A DNA stretch of 64,000 nucleotides from Deltaproteobacteria bacterium TL4 (GTDB taxonomy: Bacteria > SAR324 > NAC60-12): assembly GCA_051382335.1 (NCBI GenBank), contig JBBCAX010000084.1, forward strand, positions 1-64,000, given 5' to 3'. Position numbers and translations under genes: made by a program. Below the pieces are notes generated by a model. The model was given only the letters and a program-made list of their open reading frames with translations, did not search any database and was not told the DNA's origin. Below are positions 9,452-19,290 of this stretch, one piece after another (the stretch's first letter is position 1; the number at the start of each line of letters is the position of its first letter).

Positions 9452-11599
9452 TTAGAATTTAGTGATAAACTCCATTGCCGTTCGGCTAGCAGAGGTAGGA
9501 CTGAAACTGTTATCACCTGTATAAACTCTTGAGACGGATTCAATTCCAGGTCCAGGCGTGAATAACGCATAAGAGAATTGTATCACCACATTCCAGTTCA
9601 CTTGGTAAGTGATCTCATTAGCCCACTCGGTACCCATATCGGTATCCGTCACCGGAGCACCGGTGGTAACAGCGGTTCCGCCAAAACCGGTAGTGAGGTA
9701 GGGGTAGAATGGCTCATTAAAACTAATCATTCTATAGTTCATCTGGTAGAACCAGTTAGCGGTAAAACGAGCATCCAGGCGAAGATTCCACAATGTCAAC
9801 CCTGGATTATCGCCACGTCCTCCCTGAGATTGTTTGTCAAGGATATCCCTGCCCAAGCCCAAACCTCCGACGGGAACACCTTGCTTTCCAAACACACCAC
9901 GACTTCCGTGATATTCAGGAAGATACCCATAGACCTGCGTTCCTAAAACAAAAGGATTTTGCTCCCCATAAAAACTATGCTCTGTTCCAATTTGCTGTGA
10001 AAAGCGCTGACCCGCGTTAACTCCAGTATACCCCGTAAGTTCATTATCATCCTCTCCATCTCCACTGGTCGTCAGAATACTGATCCCGAGCTTGGCTCCG
10101 GTGCCTTTACCGCTTCCTCTCCAAATGCCTGAGGTCACATTCAAGTACATCAGGTTAGCGTTAATGGAGTAGTCATCACCTCCCGATTTACATGAGGTGC
10201 TACCGCTTACAGTGACCGTGCTGGCTTTGCTACAGATTTCTGTATTAACCGCTTCTCCTGTTTGGCTGACAAACTCACCGGTTACTTCCAAAATACCACT
10301 GGCAAAGGTTCCGTGGTACATGAGTCCGTAATAATTCATCAATACTCTCATATTTTCCGCGTTATCCGCAATGGTTTCTGCCTCATCACGTCCTGCAAAT
10401 CGTGCCGTTGCTTGAGCTGTTGCGTCACTGGCTGCATTACTCCGGTCCTGAGCAAGAATAAACTTGAAGGCATTTCGTGTTTCTTCAAAAGCATAGCCTA
10501 TCGTGAGATCTGAGACCATACGATCGGCGTCAGAATACTCCGCTTCAGGATGTCGGGCAAAGCCATCAACTTCTGACCCTCGTGTTTGTTCTGACTGTGT
10601 GCCGTTCCTTTCCGTTTTTTTATGGAGACCCACTTGCCATGAGAAACTGCCGTTTTCACCACTTAACCAAATTCCGGGGTCATCATCGCCATAAATGCCG
10701 ATAGGCCCCCCGACGGTTAAATTGGGCTCCAGCTTCACAATCGCGTCAACATAGTAGATATCCCATCCCATATGTAATTGAGAGTGAATGCTCGGGATAT
10801 CTATCATCGCATTGAGTCGCTCCAGACCAAAGTTATGACACCGTGCGTCAACCTGTTCTGTATCCATAATCGTATCACATTCAACAGCCCAAAACAGATT
10901 CCACGTCTTATCTTGAGGGTCAAATTCAAAATTCAAACGGGATTCTGTACGCCAATATTCATTCGCGACCCGACCAGCTTCGATGGTATGCACTCTGGGG
11001 TCTATGTCTGAACCCGCTTTAAGCTTTAATATCGCCAGGGGAGAGGCGGTTGGAATAGAAATACCCGGATCAAAATTTGCTTTTTTAAGTGCGGCAACCA
11101 ACAAGCTGCCCCTGATCGCAGCATCCAAATCTGACAGGTCATTAACACTGCTCAGTTTTAATCCGGTCAGTCCAATAATATCGGTAGCGCTGACTTGACT
11201 GGTAGACAAGCCCATTGCTTGTAATGTTCCCTTTAGAGTGGCGATTTGTACTTGCTGTGCCGCAGGCATCATGGCGACTTGTGCGGCAGGGATATTTAGC
11301 GTTTGATTGATTGTCTTAGCTGTCCCTTCAGCAACGGCGATCATATTTGTTTTCCACTTTGCTTTCTTGATTTCGTTTTTCACGGAAGACATCATTCCCA
11401 AGTCCCAATTTTCCTCTATCGTCGGAATAATGCGTAACTGACCGCCAATATACATATCAATCACCGATGAGTCCTCAGGAGCCTGAGGATCAGGAAGGCC
11501 AGGAATGAATATTCTCTGTGCATATAAGGAAGGGGTTAGCCACAATAGACCAACGATCAACATCACTAGTCCTGCTTTTATATTTGTTTTTAATTCCAT
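9452..11599 (-). CDS. Outer-membrane beta-barrel protein (porin/alginate-export-like)
   Basis: Signal peptide, amphipathic beta strands, DMGTEWANEITY, YALFTPG, terminal Phe. Confidence 0.7.
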   Translation of the reverse strand: MELKTNIKAGLVMLIVGLLWLTPSLYAQRIFIPGLPDPQAPEDSSVIDMYIGGQLRIIPTIEENWDLGMMSSVKNEIKKAKWKTNMIAVAEGTAKTINQTLNIPAAQVAMMPAAQQVQIATLKGTLQAMGLSTSQVSATDIIGLTGLKLSSVNDLSDLDAAIRGSLLVAALKKANFDPGISIPTASPLAILKLKAGSDIDPRVHTIEAGRVANEYWRTESRLNFEFDPQDKTWNLFWAVECDTIMDTEQVDARCHNFGLERLNAMIDIPSIHSQLHMGWDIYYVDAIVKLEPNLTVGGPIGIYGDDDPGIWLSGENGSFSWQVGLHKKTERNGTQSEQTRGSEVDGFARHPEAEYSDADRMVSDLTIGYAFEETRNAFKFILAQDRSNAASDATAQATARFAGRDEAETIADNAENMRVLMNYYGLMYHGTFASGILEVTGEFVSQTGEAVNTEICSKASTVTVSGSTSCKSGGDDYSINANLMYLNVTSGIWRGSGKGTGAKLGISILTTSGDGEDDNELTGYTGVNAGQRFSQQIGTEHSFYGEQNPFVLGTQVYGYLPEYHGSRGVFGKQGVPVGGLGLGRDILDKQSQGGRGDNPGLTLWNLRLDARFTANWFYQMNYRMISFNEPFYPYLTTGFGGTAVTTGAPVTDTDMGTEWANEITYQVNWNVVIQFSYALFTPGPGIESVSRVYTGDNSFSPTSASRTAMEFITKF

Positions 11600-11777
11600 A
11601 CCTGATCTCCTTTAAGTAAAATTCACGTGAGCGTCCGAAAAATTTTCAAAAACACTTAGCAACTTCACAAGTACCTGTCACTTGTTTCAAGCTCTAACTG
11701 AGCCTGATTATCATGAGGATGTTAGCTATTTTTTGCACACTTCGCACCAGTCCCGCAAGCCCTAATTTATAAAATAT

Positions 11778-12017
11778 TCACTTTTCCGGTTCTGGCTCAC
11801 ACGGATTACGAATAGGAACAGCAACTTTTGAAAACGGAGGCGGAGTTCGTCCACATAGGCTGGGGTCATTGTAATTCACAACTCGGTGCATGGGAGGCTT
11901 TCCGGATTCGGAAACACAGCTATCACCTGCATTTTTCCACTCTCGTCCTTTGCTGCAGGTACTGAGACCAAACACAATCCCCAACAACAAAAAGGTGACA
12001 CTCCGGTTAGATCTCAT
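11778..12017 (-). CDS. Small putative lipoprotein/secreted Cys-containing protein
   Basis: MRSNRS + hydrophobic stretch + LSTC; three further Cys; RBS-like GAGG upstream. Confidence 0.5.
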   Translation of the reverse strand: MRSNRSVTFLLLGIVFGLSTCSKGREWKNAGDSCVSESGKPPMHRVVNYNDPSLCGRTPPPFSKVAVPIRNPCEPEPEK

Positions 12018-12040
12018 AGTCTGCCTCAATTAAAGGGGGA

Positions 12041-12442
12041 TCACTCTTCTCGCATGATGATTTTAGCCCACTTTTGGACTCTATAGATTGCGGCGTGCAA
12101 GGACAAAATAATGTCTTCTGAACGAAACGGTTTTTCAAAATAATCGGTAGCACCTGAAGATAAACACTCAACAATAGTCTCTTTGTTACTATGTGCGGTC
12201 ATGATAAAAACCTGGATCATGCTATTAAATTCTTTGACCCATTTTAACAATTCAATGCCTGAAATATTAGGCATATGAATGTCGGCGATAACAATATAAT
12301 ATTGTTCCGTTTTTATTAAGGTCATGGCATCTTCAGCATTTGATGCCGTTGAGACCTTGTGCCCCAATTCTTTTAAAATTTCCCCTAAAATCAGGGTCAT
12401 GTCCTGGTCGTCGTCCACAACTAGTATTTTGGTATATTGCAA
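12041..12442 (-). CDS. Single-domain response regulator
   Basis: VVDDD, IADIHMP, MTAH, EKPF. Confidence 0.92.
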   Translation of the reverse strand: MQYTKILVVDDDQDMTLILGEILKELGHKVSTASNAEDAMTLIKTEQYYIVIADIHMPNISGIELLKWVKEFNSMIQVFIMTAHSNKETIVECLSSGATDYFEKPFRSEDIILSLHAAIYRVQKWAKIIMREE

Positions 12443-12849
12443 GACTCTCTCCTTTAAATTTAATGATTATATGACAGATAACAGGGATATTGTTATCAAT
12501 TACAAGGGGGGCATCAATCTCTCTAACAAATTTTTCAGGCTTTTGGAAATAGATTTTTTAATAGGTGACTCTGAATCCTCCAAACAAAGTCCTTGGCTGA
12601 TACTTGCCATAGAATCACAGAAAAACACAAAATAAATTTTCACAATGTAGTTTTTTGTGTTTTTCGTGGCATTTATGGATAAAATTATTTATATCTAGTC
12701 TTGGATTCCTTGAAAAACTAGTTTGTGATTTTTATTGGCATGGGAGCCATTCTTGGCGGGGTGATACAGTTTTTTGCAATCAGAAGAAAAAGCCTCGCCT
12801 CTCAAAACGGTTCTTCAACGACGTAACGGTTCAATTTTTAGGTAGCATC

Positions 12850-13560
12850 ATGGCAAAATTCCTGGGTCCCTGGGGTTTAACAGTGTTGTTTTTACTATGC
12901 GTGTTCACAGACGTAGGATGTACCGCTTCTCGAATGGCGCAGATTCAAGAAACGGAAAAATACTATCAAAAAGGTGAAGAAGCCTGGCAAGCAAAAAAAT
13001 ACGATCTTGCGGTCGCATATTTTCGTGAAATTCCTGAAGATTCAGTACTTTATAAAAAAGCAATGCTGAAGATTCAGTCTGTGAATTATCAAAAAGGGAA
13101 AGACGCCTTTGATCAACAACGCAACAATACCGCACTCTATGAGTTCGGAAAAGTTTCAAAAGACAATCCAAACTACGGTAAAACGCAACAGTTAAAAGCA
13201 CTCGTGTCTTATCAACTGACCATTGAGCAATATCACCGGGCGATCGGGGATGAGAAACAGGCAATTTTTAAAAAGCTGGTCAGTGTTGCAACCCAAAGTA
13301 AGGATAAGCGGTCCATTCAAGAGGTTATTCGCTTGTTATCCATAGATATTCAGCGGGCCTCGTCCCTTCAAGAAATACTGAGTTTATTAAATTTGCTGCA
13401 AACGGCTCTTAAAAACCAAAGTGATCCTGAGGTTCTGCAAGAAGGTTTGCAGGAAGTATTGACTATTTTTGCACAACACCAAAATCACACAGCCCTTCGA
13501 TTACCAATGCTGGGATTGATTGCTGATTTGAAATTAAAACTTCGTGATCTGCGTCAGTGA
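12850..13560 (+). CDS. Putative lipoprotein with TPR-like helices
   Basis: Likely start ATG 12850; hydrophobic leader ending VGC; repeated YQKG..A...Y..A motifs. Confidence 0.65.
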   Translation: MAKFLGPWGLTVLFLLCVFTDVGCTASRMAQIQETEKYYQKGEEAWQAKKYDLAVAYFREIPEDSVLYKKAMLKIQSVNYQKGKDAFDQQRNNTALYEFGKVSKDNPNYGKTQQLKALVSYQLTIEQYHRAIGDEKQAIFKKLVSVATQSKDKRSIQEVIRLLSIDIQRASSLQEILSLLNLLQTALKNQSDPEVLQEGLQEVLTIFAQHQNHTALRLPMLGLIADLKLKLRDLRQ

Positions 13561-14342
13561 ATCATTCTGCTGAAGAATCGTCGCCAATTTGACGGTTCAG
13601 GAAGCATAGAGATTTGGGGAAGATAGGGCGATCTTCTTAAGGCGTGAAAACTCAGCCCCACCGAAAAAATACCCATCACCATGATTTGCAGATACGCCAG
13701 AGAGGTGTGTCCCTGACTCAATAATAAATCATAGCATCCGTGTAACAAGGACGCCAATACCCAGCCGCCCAAAATAGGATGAATGAGAAGTCCTCTCAGC
13801 GCCGGTTGCGTTTGACTATGGTTCAGGAGGATACGTGCGCGGGCCACACAGTAACCCATGGGAACACTCATGAATGTGTGCGCAGGAAGTGTGATCACTG
13901 ACCGAAATACAATCACAAAGGAACCATACTGATCGAGATATAATAAATTTTCAATGCTGGCGAATCCCAAGGCCACAACGGCAGCGTATAAGATCCCATC
14001 AAAGGGCTCTTGAAGGTATTTGGAAGGAAAAGTGATGAACAGAAGAGCTAATAACTTGGCAAATTCCTCATTAAATCCTACCAAAAGCCAAAATCCTGCG
14101 CTATAGAGGGGGTACCCTGTTTCCATATTCCAAAATAGGGTTTCGGTCGCTTCCGGCCAGAACAGAGTATATTTTTTAATCAGATGATTCAAAAGTAAGG
14201 CTATAAACCCGCAACCCATTCCTGAGAGATAAAGCCAGAACAAAAGCTTCAGGTTAGAGCGTTTGTAACGATTTGAGTGGTAAAAGAACCAACACCATAA
14301 CAGCGCAGGACCGATTACTAAACCAAAAATAGTAAGCGCCAT
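13554..14342 (-). CDS. prsW: PrsW-family intramembrane glutamic protease
   Basis: EEFAK, FASIEN, PAH and HGCYD motifs; multiple TM helices. Confidence 0.88.
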   Translation of the reverse strand: MALTIFGLVIGPALLWCWFFYHSNRYKRSNLKLLFWLYLSGMGCGFIALLLNHLIKKYTLFWPEATETLFWNMETGYPLYSAGFWLLVGFNEEFAKLLALLFITFPSKYLQEPFDGILYAAVVALGFASIENLLYLDQYGSFVIVFRSVITLPAHTFMSVPMGYCVARARILLNHSQTQPALRGLLIHPILGGWVLASLLHGCYDLLLSQGHTSLAYLQIMVMGIFSVGLSFHALRRSPYLPQISMLPEPSNWRRFFSRMIH

Positions 14343-14435
14343 ATTCTCCTTATTACTTGATTATAGTCTATTCTGAGTGTATCACCTCAGTGAGGTTACA
14401 AAACATTTTTAGTATGTCAAGCGGAGTCTAATTAT

Positions 14436-15920
14436 ATGCATCGTATTCAATTATCTGTTTCTCCGGAAGACGACTCATCTGAGCCCAATGAACACCCTCA
14501 CCTTACCAAATATGTTAGAATTATTAACGCGGGGCGGTTTTTTTACAAATTGAAAGCGTCAATACTCCGAAAAGTGTTAAGACAGGGAGAGCTTCTTACT
14601 CTCGATGCGAATGAATTCTTAATCAAGGAAGGAGACACTTCTCCGGCTGAAATGTTTATTCTGCTTGAAGGTTCGTTAGCCGTCATGTCTCAAAATAAAT
14701 TTATTTTGAGAATGGATTTACCAGGTGATGTCGTTGGCGAAATGTCTGTGATCAGTCCCGGTCCCCGTTCTGCGGATGTGGTTACTGAACTGCCCAGCAA
14801 GGTCATTGCTTTTTCCAATGAAGCCTTCAAAGTTGAAGAAATGTCCGATGAAGTCTCGGTCTTTTACTTGATGTTCTCCTATGTCCTTGCTGAAAAGTTA
14901 AGACTCACCACAGCTCAATCGCTCTTAAGAAAAAACGAAAGGGTTCACTCCAATATTGTGCCTCAAGTGGCACTGATTGAATTGAATATTGCCGATCGGC
15001 TGATTATCCGGGGGGCGGTTCAAACGGAATGGCCTGAAGCGGAAACTGTAGAATACACAGATCCTCAGGATATTGTGGATAACCCTCTGGAACGACATTA
15101 TGATCTGATCATTGTCGATCCTGTTTTTCCACATACCTATGATAGTAACAAAACCGCGATTGACTCCTTGATCAATATTTTGAAAGTTCATAGTGCCCCT
15201 ATTTTCGTGGTGAGTAGCTATTGTAACAATTCGCTCAACCGTTTGCATCTGGTGGAATTGGATATTGATGAATTTTTAGAAAAACCTTATTCTATTTTTG
15301 ATCTAAAACATATTTTGGCTAAATTTCGTACATGGTTCTACAAACAAAAAGAACTGGACCATATCGAAAGAGCGGCGGATACGGATCGCCTCACCGGATT
15401 AGCAAATCGAAAACGCTTGGATGAATTTTTGGAGGCTTTGATCACGACTTATCCTGACAACCGTAAACCCTTCTCTCTCATTATCTCAGATGTGGATAAT
15501 TTTAAACATTATAATGACACCCATGGACATCAAATGGGAGATGTCGTTTTGGCAACGGTGGCGGCAATATTCTCCATGCAAGTACGCAAAGGCGATTTAG
15601 CGGCTCGCTTTGGAGGCGAAGAATTTGTGATGCTCTTACCTAACTGTGAAAAAAAAGGAGCCATTCGGGTCGCTGAAAAATTAAGAAAAGCGCTGGAAGA
15701 AGAAGTCATCCCCTATCAAGAGCAACAACCGACAGGGAATCTTACGGCAACCTTTGGAGTCGCCACCTTTCCGGAGGATGCTACGGATATTAACATGCTG
15801 CTGAAAAAAGCCGACGATTGCTTGTATGAGGGTAAAGAGAGTGGCCGAAATATAGTTGTTGCCGCCAAGGCCTTGAATGTGGAAGACTTGGCGGAAACCG
15901 CGAATAGCGCGTCACTCTGA
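14436..15920 (+). CDS. Diguanylate cyclase with cNMP-binding and receiver-like domains
   Basis: GEMS..PRSADV (cNMP fold), receiver-like middle domain (..EKPY), RKGD I-site, GGEEF. Confidence 0.9.
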   Translation: MHRIQLSVSPEDDSSEPNEHPHLTKYVRIINAGRFFYKLKASILRKVLRQGELLTLDANEFLIKEGDTSPAEMFILLEGSLAVMSQNKFILRMDLPGDVVGEMSVISPGPRSADVVTELPSKVIAFSNEAFKVEEMSDEVSVFYLMFSYVLAEKLRLTTAQSLLRKNERVHSNIVPQVALIELNIADRLIIRGAVQTEWPEAETVEYTDPQDIVDNPLERHYDLIIVDPVFPHTYDSNKTAIDSLINILKVHSAPIFVVSSYCNNSLNRLHLVELDIDEFLEKPYSIFDLKHILAKFRTWFYKQKELDHIERAADTDRLTGLANRKRLDEFLEALITTYPDNRKPFSLIISDVDNFKHYNDTHGHQMGDVVLATVAAIFSMQVRKGDLAARFGGEEFVMLLPNCEKKGAIRVAEKLRKALEEEVIPYQEQQPTGNLTATFGVATFPEDATDINMLLKKADDCLYEGKESGRNIVVAAKALNVEDLAETANSASL

Positions 15921-16015
15921 CCCTGATGACGCGATGCCCCTCCTGCCGATCACAATGAATCCTAAGGAAAAGGCATTCCGCCATAATTCAAAACGTTATA
16001 AAAAATAGGATTGTA

Positions 16016-17413
16016 ATGGGAAAAACCATGTATGAAAAAATATGGGATGCTCATGTCGTTCATGAGGAAGAAGGCATCACCATTTTGTATATCGATCGAC
16101 ACTTAGTTCACGAAGTTACCTCAGCCCAGGCTTTTGAAGGTTTGCGACTTACCCATCGTCAGTTACGCAGACCTCAGGCCACTTACGCTGTTCCTGATCA
16201 CAATGTCCCTACCCAAAATCAGGATAAACCCATCGCGGACCTCATCGCGGCAAAACAAATTCAAACGCTAAGGGCAAATTGTCAGGCTTTTGGAGTAACC
16301 TTATTCGACATTCTGGACCCACGTCAAGGAATTGTTCATGTTGTTGGCGCAGAGCAGGGTTTGACCTTACCAGGGGCGACTATTGTTTGCGGAGATTCGC
16401 ATACCGCAACTCATGGAGCCTTTGGCGCTCTTGCTTTTGGAATCGGAACATCAGAGGTGGAACACGTTCTGGCGACCCAAACGCTTCAACAAAAGAAAAG
16501 TAAAACTATGCGAATTGAAGTCACGGGGCCACTTTCTGAAAATATTACGCCTAAAGATATTATTTTGGCGATTATTGGCAAAATTGGAACGGCCGGTGGT
16601 ACAGGATACGTGATTGAGTATGCGGGACCCACCATCAAGGAAATGTCGATCGAAGGTCGCATGACTTTGTGTAACATGACCATCGAAGCCGGGGCTCGAG
16701 CCGGACTGGTCGCGCCCGACGAAAAAACCTACGCCTATCTCAAAAATCGCCCCTACGCACCGAAAGGGGCGTTGTTTGAAAAAGCTGTAGCCGCATGGAA
16801 GAAATTACCTTCTGACGCTGATGCCGTTTTCGACGAAGTCGTCCTGTTATCAATAGTGGACCTCAAACCTCAAGTAACCTGGGGAACGAGTCCAGGGATG
16901 GTGACCGATATTACGGGGAACGTACCAGATCCCGCCGCTATTCAAGATCCCAATGAACGCAAAGCAACGGAACGCGCACTGAAATACATGGGGCTGGAAC
17001 CCAATATGCCGATTCAGTCTATTCAAGTAGACCGAGTGTTTATTGGTTCTTGCACCAATTCCCGGATAGAAGACTTACGCGCTGCGGCAAAAGTAGTCAA
17101 AGGCAAAAAAGTCAACACGAACGTCAGAGCCATGGTTGTTCCCGGGAGTGGTTTGGTCAAACAACAAGCGGAAACAGAGGGCTTGGATCAAATTTTTATG
17201 GCTGCGGGTTTTGAGTGGAGACAACCAGGGTGTTCCATGTGTTTGGCGATGAATGATGATGTCCTGACTCCCGGGGAACGCTGTGCTTCAACGAGCAACA
17301 GAAATTTTGAAGGACGTCAAGGTCGGGGTGGACGGACTCATTTGGTAAGCCCCGCAATGGCTGCGGCTGCGGCAATTGCCGGACACTTTGTAGACATTCG
17401 CAATTTTAACTAA
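16016..17413 (+). CDS. leuC: 3-isopropylmalate dehydratase large subunit
   Basis: [30 protein letters not shown]. Confidence 0.98.
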   Translation: MGKTMYEKIWDAHVVHEEEGITILYIDRHLVHEVTSAQAFEGLRLTHRQLRRPQATYAVPDHNVPTQNQDKPIADLIAAKQIQTLRANCQAFGVTLFDILDPRQGIVHVVGAEQGLTLPGATIVCGDSHTATHGAFGALAFGIGTSEVEHVLATQTLQQKKSKTMRIEVTGPLSENITPKDIILAIIGKIGTAGGTGYVIEYAGPTIKEMSIEGRMTLCNMTIEAGARAGLVAPDEKTYAYLKNRPYAPKGALFEKAVAAWKKLPSDADAVFDEVVLLSIVDLKPQVTWGTSPGMVTDITGNVPDPAAIQDPNERKATERALKYMGLEPNMPIQSIQVDRVFIGSCTNSRIEDLRAAAKVVKGKKVNTNVRAMVVPGSGLVKQQAETEGLDQIFMAAGFEWRQPGCSMCLAMNDDVLTPGERCASTSNRNFEGRQGRGGRTHLVSPAMAAAAAIAGHFVDIRNFN

Positions 17414-17426
17414 GGAAAGGAAGTTT

Positions 17427-18047
17427 ATGGAACCCTTCAACACACTCACGGCTATCGCTCTTCCCCTTGACAGAATGAACGTGGACACCGACGCCATCAT
17501 TCCCAAACAATTCCTGAAAAAAATTGAGCGTACAGGATTTGGTGTCCATCTTTTTCACGAAGATCGTTTTTTGGATGATGCCGGAACGCAAATAAATCCT
17601 GCTTTTGTTTTAAACTTTCCACGCTATCGCGGTGCCCAAATACTGGTTTCCCGCGATAATTTTGGATGTGGATCCAGTCGGGAACATGCACCCTGGTCTC
17701 TCCTGGATTATGGCTTTCGGTGTATTATTGCCTCCAGTTTTGCCGATATTTTTTATAACAACTGTTTCAAAAATGGAATTCTGCCAGTGGTCCTCTCCGC
17801 TAAGGAAGTCCAAACCTTGTTCGAGGAAATTGAGGCAACAGAAGGTTATCAGTTGAGTATTGATCTTCCCAACCAGGTGGTTCAGACTTCCAAGGGAACG
17901 ACTTTTCAGTTTGATGTGGAGCCTTTTTCTAAAGATTGCCTCATTAAAGGTTTGGACGACATTGGCTGGACGCTTGGATTTGCAAGCCACATCCAACGGT
18001 TTGAATCAAACTACAAACAACAATCCCCCTGGATGATTGTCCAATAA
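17427..18047 (+). CDS. leuD: 3-isopropylmalate dehydratase small subunit
   Basis: [20 protein letters not shown]. Confidence 0.98.
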   Translation: MEPFNTLTAIALPLDRMNVDTDAIIPKQFLKKIERTGFGVHLFHEDRFLDDAGTQINPAFVLNFPRYRGAQILVSRDNFGCGSSREHAPWSLLDYGFRCIIASSFADIFYNNCFKNGILPVVLSAKEVQTLFEEIEATEGYQLSIDLPNQVVQTSKGTTFQFDVEPFSKDCLIKGLDDIGWTLGFASHIQRFESNYKQQSPWMIVQ

Positions 18048-18382
18048 TTCTGACGCAAGGGTTAATTTTTTCCGTGTCAAAGATAATAAAAGGGATCCCG
18101 GGTGGTTGTCCGGGATCGCACCAAGAAACGGACGCATTGAATCGTAAAACGAGGAGAGTGGAGATCCATTGAGCAGCAAAATACCAGAGGGTCAACCTTT
18201 CTTAACCCAATGGGAACACTGAACTTTCTTAAAGGCAACCTCTTTTCAAACTAAGATCAATCTTTCAAGAAAAATGACCCTCCTTGCAATCCGTTTCAAT
18301 TCGTTGGTTAGGACACTTTGCTCTTGATACACACACTGTTGCAGTGTACACTACACACATTAACAATTACGTAGGAGTTTAT

Positions 18383-18604
18383 ATGTTGAAAAATATTACC
18401 CTCAGCGCAGAAACCAACTTAATTGGAAAAGCCAGAAAAAAAGCTCAGCGTGAGCATACAACGCTGAATGCCCAATTTCGCCAGTGGCTAAGTCATTATG
18501 TCGGTACCGATTTGAAAGCCTTTGACTATGAAACTCTAATGGTGTCTCTAAGCTACGCTAATCCTGGTCAGCAATTTACACGAGACGAAATGAATGAACG
18601 CTAA
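18383..18604 (+). CDS. RHH-type antitoxin (VapB-like)
   Basis: MLKNITLS beta-strand plus helices; RBS AGGAG; C-terminal FTRDEMNER overlaps the toxin gene; upstream palindrome ACACTG-TTG-CAGTGT may be an operator. Confidence 0.75.
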   Translation: MLKNITLSAETNLIGKARKKAQREHTTLNAQFRQWLSHYVGTDLKAFDYETLMVSLSYANPGQQFTRDEMNER

Positions 18605-19022
18605 ATATTTTTTGGATACCAACGTCATTGTTTATTCCTTTGATCCAAGTATTTTAGAAAAACAATCTGTTGCTCGACGTCTTCTAAGTAATGCCTTGAC
18701 AGGTCAAGGCTGTATCAGCTACCAAGTTGTGCAAGAGTTTATTAACGTGGCAACTCGTAAATTCAAAACGCCTTTATCTCTACAAGATTGTAAAAAATAT
18801 TTGAATGACGTCCTTGCTCCCCTCTGTGAAATTTTTCCCAGTATTGAATTCTACTCTCAAGCATTGCAAATAAAAGAACGATGGCAATATTCCTTGTATG
18901 ACTCTTTAGTTGTTACCGCAGCATTACAATCAAATTGTACGATCCTTTACAGTGAAGACCTGCAACATGGACAAGTCATCGATCAATTGACAATCACTAA
19001 TCCATTTCTTGATCTGTCCTAG
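18594..19022 (+). CDS. vapC: PIN-domain toxin (VapC family)
   Basis: FLDTNVIVY, QVVQEF, YDSL, LYSEDLQHG. Confidence 0.92.
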   Translation: MNAKYFLDTNVIVYSFDPSILEKQSVARRLLSNALTGQGCISYQVVQEFINVATRKFKTPLSLQDCKKYLNDVLAPLCEIFPSIEFYSQALQIKERWQYSLYDSLVVTAALQSNCTILYSEDLQHGQVIDQLTITNPFLDLS

Positions 19023-19290
19023 CAACTTTATTGTTTTTCTAATTCGTACACACGAGAATGTATCCTGTATAAACTTTATGGCAGGCTAGATTTTTAGCCC
19101 TTGGCTTGTTTAAATTTCATGGGAAATCCACTCAATTTAAAAAACAGATACTAATTTCGAAAAACAAATTATGGAAAAAGAGTTTGAGAGAATTTGGAAT
19201 TTAGGCTGGAAAAGAATCAGGAAAAATGAAGTAAACGACACTCGGCAATCTATGCAGTTTTCGTAAACATTGATATCAAGAGGTCACGCT

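Noticed and set aside
18284..18382. N-terminal extension of the antitoxin ORF (likewise ORF-track extensions of glpK, sucC, ugd, MacA and the HEAT protein)
   Set aside because: A downstream ATG, usually with a better RBS, matches the family N-terminus
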